The notes under the pieces were generated by a model. The model did not search any database and was not told where the DNA came from. It worked only from the letters and a program-made list of their open reading frames with translations. From Eledone cirrhosa (lineage: Eukaryota), in assembly GCA_964016885.1 (NCBI GenBank), contig OZ024747.1, forward strand, positions 84,196,001 through 84,260,000: a stretch of DNA of 64,000 bases, written 5' to 3'. How positions within the stretch are numbered: position 1 is the stretch's first letter; every line of letters starts with the position of its first letter. Positions 39,673 through 51,756 of this stretch are shown here, in pieces. Both the position numbers and the translations under genes were made by a program.

Positions 39673-40910
39673 GTATTCTATTACGTATTCCAGTCGACAT
39701 CTACATGTACACCATGTAGATCTGTCAGATTTTTTTGCAGCTTATTAAAGAGGTGGAGGTCGTTTAAACCCCAAGCTGTGAGCCAAAACTGTTTATATTA
39801 ACTCTTAACATCTTGTAAGGATTAAGCAGAACATTTCTAAAAACGAGTTTCTTAATTCAAATATTTATAGTATTTTTACCACTGGACAGATTGTTGAAAA
39901 TATTTTCAGTAAACTAAAGACTTTAAATTTTAACGTGGTTCTGTTTTGTACTTTTCCAGAATTTCTTGCTAATGTGGTTTCATGTGATATTGGATATTAA
40001 TATTTCTGTTTAAAAACCTTTATTATGTTATGGTCCAAACGCCAGCTTAATAATGAGAAAGTTAGTTATATTACTAAATACTTCCATATATTTTGACTAT
40101 TTTCAAAATAATTTGAAGATCATAGAAATATAGTAATGAAAGGGTTAATGAAAAATGGTAGGATCTGATGTCCGGGCCGGTTTTAAGACCTATTTCGCTT
40201 CACATTAACCATCGTATCATCTTTGCGTGAAAAGTGATAAACTTATTTGTGCCTCCTGTAACATTTCGTAACATTAAATCTCAGAAGAACCTCGTCTTCT
40301 GCTATTTTCTGTTTCCACCAAACACCTAAATATATAATATATACATACACATACATACACACACACTTACGTACATACATACAGACATACACTTGCATAC
40401 ACATACACACGCACATATACACATACATGCATACACACACATACATACAGATACACACACCCACGTACACACACAAACTCTTTCTTTTACATAAACTTGT
40501 GTTACTACTTTTAGGAAAAGCGAAATTATAGTTTAACGCTGTTTATTCATCTTTACCTGTTGCTGTCATGATACGTTAGTTTCAACAAAGATATTAACAC
40601 TATTCACTGTAAAGATAAGGAACGCTTACAGTGCCATCGTAATATTTCGCTTTATATTTCAATATAATTTGACAGGCACAACTTCGTGATAATAACGGCC
40701 GAGTTAGAATGTCAGCGTTGTCATAAACATTATAATCCGTAATTCATTGCGGCAGACGAGAAAATACGGTGCTATATTTGTTTTAATGAGAAATTAGGTT
40801 CCACCTCTATACTTCGTACGGATATCTTAACCAGTACGTTGAAGTTTATAGAAAATACACTTTTTTTTTAATGAAATTCTATATTTAAATGTCATTAATT
40901 TAATTGCTAA

Positions 40911-41072
40911 GATTGGCAGTATCTGTAGAGGGTCCAGCATAGTTACGTCCCTTTACGATCTGAGTTCAAACCTCGCCGAGGTTGACTTTGCCTTTCATCC
41001 TTACGGGGTCGATAAAATAAAGTACCAGTAATGCACTGGTTAATTGCTGGCCTTGTGTCTAAAGTAGAAACA
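40911..41072 (+). mobile_element. SINE A with 17 bp TSD
   Basis: attaatttaattgctaa at 40894-40910 and 41073-41089. Confidence 0.9.
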
Positions 41073-41748
41073 ATTAATTTAATTGCTAAAATAAATAAGC
41101 TTCAGCAAGGTCTTAATTCTTTCTTTTGACTTGGCACAAATTAAGTTTTCTTTCATATACAGTATATATGAAAGAAAACTTACTATATTTATATATAAAA
41201 TTATAAGTGTGAAGAACAAACAGACAAAATTTACCTAATTTTTGTTCGTAGCCCCGAAAGAATTAAATAAATAATCAATTAATCAGAGATATATAATTAT
41301 AAGTGTGAAGAAAAATAGACAAAAATTTACCCAATTATTCTTTGTAGTCCCGACTGCAGTTTCGCCTACCGTTGTGCAGTAAATTGCACTTAAGCTGTGA
41401 GGTAGTAGATTCCCTCGGAGTAAGAGTAATTTTCTCCGAAGTGACCGCTACCAGTTTACAGTCAATGGGGGGAGGGGGTGAAAGATAGACTGTTGGCAAG
41501 TAATAGCGTTGCTAAAAGAAGCAGTATATAACAACCTAATTTGTGCTCAACCATACGAGGGAGTGACTTCGTAGTGCGGTCGAAATGGATCAGTTCAAGA
41601 AGTATATTACACTATCTGTGTAGTGTGGGGGGATTATAGTTTGTTGCTGGATTTTTAAAATATGTTAGAGCAAAACTGATACTAAACTCCAAGCCACTTT
41701 CCATCTAGATCCAGGGTAAATTTGTAGTTTAAATATTTACCTTATTGC

Positions 41749-41945
41749 CGTGGATTGGCAGTATCGTAGAGGGTCGGGCGCCATGCTTTGCAGCAAAGAG
41801 TTACGGCGGTTTTTGGTCTGAGTTCAAATCCCGCCGAGGTTAACTTTGCCTTTCATCCTTATGGGGTCGATAAAATAAAGTACCAGTAATACACTGGGAC
41901 AATTGCTGGCCTTGTGCCAAAAGTAGAAACAATTATTATTATTAT
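41749..41945 (+). mobile_element. SINE A
   Basis: Full copy. Confidence 0.92.
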
Positions 41946-42270
41946 TGTTGTTACTGTAAATAATATCATGTTAATACAGTTAAGACATAACATAATTTTA
42001 TTTAGTATATGTAACATATTTGATATAATAAGAAAGTGTAATGGGTTAGACAATAAACGTCGGGTGTCGTGACATCTGAAAAAAAATAACTACGTTCAGT
42101 TCTGGTAGATTAAATAACAATTATAATAACATTGTGGTCTCATATGTATATTTTTATACAGACTTTCGTAGAACATTCTAATATATAAATCTAAGTCAGC
42201 AAAAAATAATTGTTTAATTATCTATCTTTCTATATTCATTTATTGATATCTCGTTGTATTCTATTATATT

Positions 42271-42570
42271 AAGGTTAACTTTGCCTTTCATCCTTACGGG
42301 GTCGATAAAATAAAGTACCAGTAATACACTGGGTAATTGCTGGCCTTGTGCCAAAAGTAGAAACAATTATATTATAAATAAGGCATGGATTGGCAGTATC
42401 GGTAGAGGGTTGGATGCCATGCTTTGACGCATAGAGTTACAGCCCTTGCTGAGTTCAAATCCCGCCGAGGTTAACTTTGCCTTTCATCCTTATGGGGTCG
42501 ATAAAATAAAGTACCAGTAATGCACTGGGATAATTACTGGCCTTGTGCCAAATGTAGAAACAATTATATT
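42271..42570 (+). mobile_element. Two tandem SINE A copies
   Basis: The second copy is flanked by the direct repeat aattatattataaataag. Confidence 0.9.
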
Positions 42571-42699
42571 ATAAATAAGATTAATGCCAGTGTTTGGGGT
42601 TAGAGATTTCTTGTGTACCATTGGAAACCTTCTTATCAAGAATTAATTTTAAACTTGAATTCTTACGAAATTGTCAATCCGCTTTTCCATTTGTTTTTA

Positions 42700-43310
42700 A
42701 TTTTTATACGCCGAATGCATAACTGACTAACTACTGTCCTTTTCTTGTTAATATGGACACCAAACATCTCATGTCATTTTAATCATATGTCTGTTAATGT
42801 ACGGATGTACAGAAGTACTAAATTTTGATATACCGTCTTTAACACCGATTCTGCTTTGTTGTGGCTTTTAATTGTGCTTGTAATTTGCAATATATTAATG
42901 GATATGGTATGAACCTCGTCTACGATATGTGGGATTAATTCGATTTCTGGTCGAAGCCTGTTCAAGATAATTGTCTGGTTTCCTAAAATCAGCTTTCTTG
43001 GGAATAGGTATTATCGTGGAAATACCCAAATTTTTCCATTAAAGATCTCCTTAAAAAGTGCAGCACAGGTTTTTGAAGTTTCCAGAATCCTAATGGACGT
43101 CCATCTAGGCCTGACACCTTATTGTTTTTCGTCTGATTGATGGCACTTTCAAGTTCATCTAGAGAGAAATCTTTAACAGATTTACTGGGATTGACATCAT
43201 AAATGTTCGATCATGAATCCGTCATTTATAGTGCTGCTGTTAGTCAGCAGTACTTCGAAATGATTTTTTTTCCATATCATTTAACGTCATCTTCCCTGTT
43301 AGAAACCTTG
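42700..43310 (-). pseudogene. Degenerate LINE RT fragment (RTE-like)
   Basis: FSLDELESAINQTKNNKVSGLDG, IIPIPKKADFRKPDNY and LNRLRPEIE. Confidence 0.8.
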
Positions 43311-43352
43311 GACTAATATATATGGATGTCTGTATATATATATGCATGTGTT

Positions 43353-43385
<33 letters not shown>

Positions 43386-43469
43386 GTTTGTGTGTGTGTA
43401 TATGTATATATATATGTGTGTGTTTGTGTGTGTATATATATATATATATAATGTGTGTGTGTATGTACG

Positions 43470-43628
43470 TACATACATACATACATACATACATACATAC
43501 ATACATACATACATACATACATACATACATACATACATACATACATACATACATACATACATACATACATACATACATACATACATACATACATACATAC
43601 ATACATACATACATACATACATACATAC
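43470..43628. repeat. (CATA)n microsatellite
   Basis: About 40 units. Confidence 0.98.
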
Positions 43629-44016
43629 GGATGGGTGGGAAGGGGAGAGAAATCTGATGAAAACTGTTTCTAAGAAAAACGACCCGGTCTTCAACGCTGA
43701 ATTAAGAAATGAAATAAATTAGTTTTCATTTTCCTTTCAGACAAGCAAAATTAAATAAAACTTAAAACCCTCATCATTGGGTGCCAACTTCAATATGAAA
43801 ACCAAGAAAACATTACATAAAAGCCAGGAAGGATTGGGGGGGGGGGGGGGGGGGGTTGAGTGGAGGTCGTCATGCAGGATATCTCCTCACTACTCTAGTT
43901 AATGTTCATTGATATAACTCTCCTCGCCTTGTGTCAGCCTGTCGGCTACTTTGTCTTACTAACAGATATATCAATGTGAAGTAGTAACACTATATTTTTC
44001 CACTAATTTATCTCAC

Positions 44017-44066
<50 letters not shown>

Positions 44067-44362
44067 TTATATATATTTACATATATATATATATATATAT
44101 AAAATGTATATAAATAATATATAATGTATATATATATACATATATAAAATATAAATATATATATATATATATATAGATAATTTAATATATCAACTAACAT
44201 AAGCGCACAGATGCACGCCCATGCCAGCAAATACACAGGTTATGTCATAGTACCTAGGTGGTTCAATGCAGGAGAATGCAGAACAATAATATAAAGGACG
44301 TAAAATAAAAAAATATTTTTTTAAAAAAAATTCAAAAAAAATTTTTTCTTACTTAAATTTTC

Positions 44363-44444
44363 ACTCCAACTAATTAGTTTCTGCAATGGGATAAAGACAG
44401 TTACGTAATTCAACTGTCGAGAATTCATTGCGTCATCAGGAAGT
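44363..44444 (-). ncRNA. Type I hammerhead ribozyme motif (unit 1)
   Basis: ACTTC CTGATGA c GCAATG..CATTGC a GAAA CTAATTAG TT GGAGT. Confidence 0.8.
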
Positions 44445-44919
44445 CTATTCTCAGTTAAGTCTCCAGGCAATGCGCGGACACTGGCGGCTCATATAAAAAT
44501 AATAATAATTCGGTAGATCGAACAGCTTGCGAGGACTGAATTCTATGTACCGAAATTCTCACTGCTTCAAGTCAAATGGCCGATTCTAAAGAATCAATCA
44601 CGTGACACAGAGGCTAGTTAGAAGGAATGGGATGGTAAGATGACTGACGCCTACTAACACCCCAAAAAAAATTTTTTTAGAAGTGGTTTTGACAAGTTTG
44701 CTCGACAAATCAGTGATTTGGAGATAAATATAGATAATTTAATATATCAACTAACATAAGCGCACAGATGCACGCCCATGCCAGCAAATACACAGGTTAT
44801 GTCATAGTACCTAGGTGGTTCAATGCAGGAGAATGCAGAACAATAATATAAAGGACGTAAAATAAAAAAATATTTTTTTAAAAAAAATTCAAAAAAAATT
44901 TTTTCTTACTTAAATTTTC

Positions 44920-45001
44920 ACTCCAACTAATTAGTTTCTGCAATGGGATAAAGACAGTTACGTAATTCAACTGTCGAGAATTCATTGCGTCATCAGGAAG
45001 T
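44920..45001 (-). ncRNA. Type I hammerhead ribozyme motif (unit 2)
   Basis: Matches the unit 1 motif. Confidence 0.8.
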
Positions 45002-45581
45002 CTATTCGCAGTTAAGTCTCCAGGCAATGCGCGGACACTGGCGGCTCATATAAAAATAATAATAATTCGGTAGATCGAACAGCTTGCGAGGACTGAATTC
45101 TATGTACCGAAATTCTCACTGCTTCAAGTCAAATGGCCGATTCTAAAGAATCAATCACGTGACACAGAGGCTAGTTAGAAGGAATGGGATGGTAAGATGA
45201 CTGACACCTACTAACACCCCAAAAAAATTTTTTTAGAAGTGGTTTTGACAAGTTTGCTCGACAAATCAGTGATTTGGAGATAAATATAGATAATTTAATA
45301 TATCAACTAACATAAGCGCACAGATGCACGCCCATGCCAGCAAATACACAGGTTATGTCATTGGGGTGTTAGTAGGCGTCAGTCATCTTACCATCCCATT
45401 CCTTCTAACTAGCCTCTGTGTCACGTGATTGATTCTTTAGAATCGGCCATTTGACTTGAAGCAGTGAGAATTTCGGTACATAGAATTCAGTCCTCGCAAG
45501 CTGTTCGATCTACCGAATTATTATTATTTTTATATGAGCCGCCAGTGTCCGCGCATTGCCTGGAGACTTAACTGAGAATAG

Positions 45582-45663
45582 ACTTCCTGATGACGCAATG
45601 AATTCTCGACAGTTGAATTACGTAACTGTCTTTATCCCATTGCAGAAACTAATTAGTTGGAGT
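45582..45663 (+). ncRNA. Type I hammerhead ribozyme motif (inverted copy)
   Basis: Same motif on the plus strand. Confidence 0.8.
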
Positions 45664-45729
45664 GAAAATTTAAGTAAGAAAAAATTTTTTTTGAATTTTT
45701 TTTAAAAAAATATTTTTTTATTTTACGTC

Positions 45730-45765
<36 letters not shown>

Positions 45766-45839
45766 TTATATATATTTATATATATATATATAAAATATAT
45801 ATAAATAATATATAATGTATATATATATACATATATAAA

Positions 45840-45893
<54 letters not shown>

Positions 45894-45968
45894 TTATATA
45901 TATTTATATATATATATATATATAATATATATAAATAATATATAATGTATATATATATATACATATAT

Positions 45969-46026
<58 letters not shown>

Positions 46027-46251
46027 CATATATACATCATTTGACAGCCATTTTCCGTGCTAGTGTATATGTGTGTGTGTAATGTGAGTGTGTAGCGAAA
46101 AAGTCAAGAAAAAAGAGTGCTCTCTCTATATAATCAGAGCTAATATTTATGTATATAATTCGTACACACAATATTCCATCTGCTATCAATGCTTTCATGA
46201 GTTAACAATGTCTGCAGGACTGCATGAGATACCTATTAGTCATATTTGCAG

Positions 46252-46363
46252 GATTTTTAATGCACATATAAACAAAGAATTGATATGGGGTGGCTTGGCT
46301 AGTGATGCCACATTCATTACATCGGATGATGTCGCCGATTGTCTTGCGGCATGGTCTGATGGC
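46252..46363 (+). CDS. Candidate internal coding exon, product unknown
   Basis: Acceptor tcatatttgcag, donor GGC|gtaagt, open frame [37 protein letters not shown] in non-repetitive sequence; no partner exons identified. Confidence 0.3.
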
Positions 46364-46463
46364 GTAAGTCGACCATAGAAATACGCATTATGTAATTGTG
46401 AAACATTAAAGGAAGATATTGGAATCAGGCCTTCTTGTATTTTCATTGAAGTGTATAATATAC

Positions 46464-46516
<53 letters not shown>

Positions 46517-46617
46517 ATGGAAAAATTTGAACAGGAACAAAACAGAGAGGCAGTACAACGAATGTTTATTAATTTCACCATGATTTTCGTGGTCTTCCTC
46601 TCTCTCTCTCTCTCTCT

Positions 46618-46683
<66 letters not shown>

Positions 46684-46927
46684 ACCTCCATTTCCTCCAA
46701 GGGTGAACCTAATATAACTGTGTATTTTTGCATCCTTATGTTTGTTTTGTTTCATTTATCAACTGCCATCATCATTTTACGTCCGCTTTTCCCTGCTTGC
46801 AAGGGTAGAACAGGTCCTATTCAGCACAGCATCTCTCCATTTGTCACGGTCTTTCATCATCTCCTCCATGAGCTTCAGCATCTGAGGTCCGCTTCCACCA
46901 CCTCCACCCATGATTTTCGTGGTCTTC

Positions 46928-47009
<82 letters not shown>

Positions 47010-47158
47010 TATCAGTTCAGCAAACTGGGGCAAGCAGAGTTATGTGGAATGCAAAGAAGTACAGCAAAATGAATGTTAAATAACATTTGAACTACCATAG
47101 TCTTTAACAGAGTCACAGGACCAATATACAATATCTCTCTCACATACACTTATTTTAA

Positions 47159-47367
47159 CCCTTTTGATACCAAACAACCTGATACCACCCCTGGACTGAT
47201 TATTTTAAAGTGTATATATTTATATATATATCTAAAAACTTTCTGTCATAATTTTATGTAAAAACCTATGCTGAGTTAATTTCCAAATAAATTTAATAAT
47301 AAATATTTTCAAAATTAATTAAAAATCATAAGCAATGTCTTTCATTAGAAATATGATAACACAAGGA
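47159..47367. mobile_element. piggyBac-like MITE (degenerate)
   Basis: TTAA-ccctttt ... aagga-TTAA; related fragments near 6.3, 25.1, 40.1 and 59.3 kb. Confidence 0.5.
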
Positions 47368-47872
47368 TTAAAGTTATATTAAAAATAGTTAAAGGAATTT
47401 AACTATCTAATTTCCATAATCAGCAACATTCCTGAAGAGGCTTCAAGTTTATAGACACATATTTCTTAGCATTGCATTAAAATCGACAATGATGTTCCTT
47501 TTCATGGCAGCTGGCAACAGGCATGTATATGGGTGAAAAATTCACGGTTACCTAACCCAACTTGCCTCAAATGGGACAACCCGTCTAACCCATGCTAGTA
47601 TGGAAAATGGACGTTAAACAATGACGATTCTTTTTAAAAGAAGATCAGAACCCAACATAGTTACAAAGAACTAAAATATGTTGAGCTGTTCTTCTCTGCA
47701 GGTCTTCGTTTTATTTTATTTCTTTCGTCTATGCTGCCTTACCTCATAGCCATGCCAACTCTATAACACTTAACATCCTGTACCGCATGAAACCACATTA
47801 GCAAGACATTCTTGAAAAGTACAAAACAACACTACAACTGCAACACATTAAAAAAATTAAAGTCTTTACTTT

Positions 47873-48102
47873 AATAATGATTTCTAGTATAGGCACAAAG
47901 CCAGTAATTTGGTGGGAGGGGAAAGTCAATTAAATCGACCCCAGTATGTTACTGGTTTACTGGTGCTTTATTTTATTGACCTCGTAAGGATGAAAGGCAA
48001 AGTTAACCTCAGTGGGATTTGAACTCAGACCGTAAAGGGCCGTAACTCTATGCTGCAAAGCATGGTGTCCAACTCTCTACCGATACTGCCAATCCACTGC
48101 CC
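47873..48102 (-). mobile_element. SINE A with TSD tctttactt
   Basis: Full copy; direct repeat at ~47863 and ~48104. Confidence 0.92.
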
Positions 48103-48265
48103 TTCTTTACTTAAATAATGCAAATGTTCACAATGATCTGTCCACATACTATAAACATTTGAATTAACAAACCCGTTTTCAAACATATTTTGTTAACATA
48201 TTACAGGATGTTAAGAGTCAAGTTTCACAGTCATATTTGTCAGTTCCTTTGCTTCATACAAATCA

Positions 48266-48403
48266 CTATCGATCATCAAAATTCTTCTCACTGTAAGATT
48301 TCAAATAAATAGGCTGCGATTCTTCAGCTGCTTTTTTCTGTGATTTCTTGAAAGATTTAAAACCATGTTTGTTTGGTGGAAGACTTGACTGCTGCAAGTG
48401 GGT
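48266..48403 (-). CDS. Candidate terminal exon, product unknown
   Basis: Pyrimidine-rich acceptor ccatccatctcatttcag then open frame THLQQSSLPPNKHGFKSFKKSQKK...DDR*. Confidence 0.22.
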   Translation of the reverse strand, partial: THLQQSSLPPNKHGFKSFKKSQKKAAEESQPIYLKSYSEKNFDDR

Positions 48404-48454
48404 CTGAAATGAGATGGATGGAAAATGGTGGAAATTAGTTGTAATAATCATGCT

Positions 48455-49210
48455 ATAGTGATATGGTGGTGATGGTGATATTCATGATGGTGGTGATGGT
48501 GGTTGTAGTGTTGTTGGTGATGGTGGTGGTGGTGATATTCATGATGGTGGTGATGGTGGTGATAGTGGTGGTATTCATGCTGATGGTGATGGTGGTGGTA
48601 TTCATGCTGACGGTGATGATGGTGATATTCATGATGGTGGTGATGGTGGTGATAGTGGTGGTATTCATGCTGATGGTGATGGTGGTGGTATTCATGCTGA
48701 CGGTGATGATGGTGATATTCATGATGGTGGTGATGGTGGTGGTGATATTCATGATGGTGGTGATGGTGGTAGTAGTGTTGTTCCTGGTGGTGGTGGTTGC
48801 AGTGTTCTTTGTGATGGTGGTGGTGGTTGTAGTGTTGTTCATGATGGTGGTGATGGTGGTTGTAGTGTTGTTCATGATGATGGTGGTGGTGGCTGTAGTG
48901 TTGTTCATGATGGTGGTGATGGTGGTTGTAGTGTTGTTCATGGTGGTGGTTGTAGTGTTGTTCATGATGGTGATGGTAGGGGTGGTGGTGGTGGCATTCA
49001 TGATGGTGGTGTTGATTGCAGTGTTGTTCATGATGGTGGTGGAGATCATGGTGATCATTGTCGTTGTCGTCGTGGTGGTGTGGCTATGATGCTGGTAGTA
49101 TAAATAGTAGTGATGATGATTGTGGTGGGAGTCATAGTAGTGGTGGTGGTTATCGTTATCAAGCTAGCAGGGGTCGGTATTGGCATGATGGTGATGGTGG
49201 TGGTGGTGGT
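48455..49210. repeat. Degenerate (GGT/GAT)n minisatellite with higher-order units
   Basis: Recurring ttcatgatggtggtgatggtgg units and a ~90 bp internal duplication. Confidence 0.92.
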
Positions 49211-49451
49211 GTTGGCAGTAGAGTTTACCTAGAGAGAATCAGACTGTGTGGTCTAGTCTGGTACTTTGCAGTTGTGAGTTCCTATCTAGATGGAACCGGA
49301 TCTCAGCATTCTTTTCACAGAAAACCACTGATAAAATATGTATCAGTGTGATTAAGAATTTCATACAGACATAAATATATAAATATACATGCTTATATAT
49401 GTATACCCTTGCAAGCAGGGAAGAGTGGACATAAAATGATGATGATGATGG

Positions 49452-49510
<59 letters not shown>

Positions 49511-49532
49511 TTATATATATATATATACACAA

Positions 49533-49573
<41 letters not shown>

Positions 49574-50285
49574 CATATGCATATATATATATATACATAC
49601 ATATGCATATATATATATACACATACATATGCATATATATATACACACACACATACCCATAAACATATATACATACACACACACATGCCCACATATAATA
49701 TATCTGTTCTTGGCAGTACAGTGTAAGTTATAAAACTTACCATAGTTTTTTATTTAAATTCCCATCAGAATTCCTTAAATTTTGGTTTCATAATTGCAGA
49801 GAAGAAATAACTCATGGCTATAAAGCATGTCTTATCTTGCAGGATTCTTAGCTGATTTGCATATTGGTTCTTTGAATTATAGGTACCATCCATCTAAGGG
49901 CTTCCATGCAGTTTCCATCTACTCAATTATATAATGAAACAGAAACATCAGAACCACTCCCTTTACGGGATGGACTGAGTGTTTTTTGTTGTGGCACCAG
50001 CATTATCCCTTTACAGGGCGTATGGTGCTTTTTGTTGTGGCACCAACACTACCACTTTACAGGGTGGAGTGGGTGCTTTTTGCTGTGACACCAGTATTAT
50101 CCATTTATAGGGTGGGGTGGGTGCATTTTATTGTGACACCAACACTAGATGTGTGTGTGTAGTTATATCCATATGTATATTGTCTTGCTGTGAAGTTAGA
50201 CCCTCAATGACATTTTTGACAGCTTGGAGTGAGTATCAAACAAACCAGGTTCATTGTTATTTTCAACTTATCAAGATTCAATCAC

Positions 50286-50820
<535 letters not shown>

Positions 50821-51384
50821 AATACCAAGATGAAGTAGTGAAATATTAATTTATTCTATACACCACCCACTAAGATATGTCACATGTTTCTTGCACAAAA
50901 GACATCTCTAACTTCAGCTCCATTTAAATATCTTCTCTTTGTCTTTTACCAAAGATGTTATCATTGACATTTTCATTAATTTATTTATTTTATTTATTTA
51001 TTTATTTATTTATGTCCACCACATTTTCTTTTAACAAGAAACATTAAACAACTATTTTTGTCATTATATACAATTAAATCTTCAAAACAAATTGCTTTAA
51101 TTACTTAAAATAATGTTTGACTGAAGTAGTATTCCATACAATTTTAACTGAAACCTTTCAATTCTCTTTCTGTTTTGTTGACTAAAGATACAATGTGTGT
51201 GTGTACGCACGTGTGTGTGTGTGTATGAGTATGAGGGTATGATAGGAGTATGAGTCTATATGTATGTGAGTACATATGCGTTTTCTATGTGTTTGCGCAT
51301 GTGCATGTATATTTGTGTGTGTATGCATGTGAATGTGTGAATATATATGTATGTGTGTGTGTGCATGTATGTAAATGGTTGTCA

Positions 51385-51727
51385 ACATCATCACCGTTTT
51401 ACGTCCGTTCTTCCACGCTAGCATGGGTTAGACGGGTTGTCCTGTTGTGGGCAGTAGCCGGTCGGCTGACCATGTCTTGCTCATACGGGAACTGATTCTG
51501 GCTTGATTTCTACAGCTGGATGCCCTTCCTAACACTAACCTCATTTACAGTGAGTGTTGGGTGTTTTTTGCCGTGGCACCTACACGTCCACTTTACAGTG
51601 TGGGCTGGGTGCTTTTTCGATGTGGCACCTCCACGACCACTTTGCAGTGGGAGGGGGTGGGGGTATACTGCCTATATGCTTCAGCTTGTACCCGTGGGAA
51701 ATCGGGTCTTCTGTATTACTGCGTGAC
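51385..51727 (-). mobile_element. RTE LINE 3' end
   Basis: Diverged reverse-complement homolog of 54225-54540. Confidence 0.9.
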
Positions 51728-51756
51728 GTGTATGTGTACATATGTGTTTATGTGTG

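Larger units (their letters stand above)
44173..45737 (-). mobile_element. Retrozyme/PLE-like array: ~2.1 tandem copies of a 556-557 bp non-coding unit plus an inverted partial copy
   Basis: Unit starts at ~44175, 44732 and 45288 (last one ends 45360). 45361-45737 is the reverse complement of ~44289-44665. Copies are nearly identical; one hammerhead per full unit. Confidence 0.85.

Noticed and set aside
40243-40569. Phase-compatible two-exon 32-aa ORF on minus
   Set aside because: Weak splice sites and short enough to arise by chance.
41143-41350. 16-bp palindrome and ~97 bp direct repeat
   Set aside because: AT-rich local duplications with no further signal.
47013-47079. Possible terminal exon following 46252-46363
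   Set aside because: Looks like a degenerate SINE remnant.
48453-49089. 200-aa Thr/Asn-rich and Val/Met-rich ORFs resembling mucin
   Set aside because: Both strands are open only because the trinucleotide minisatellite lacks stops; there is no signal peptide or unique domain.
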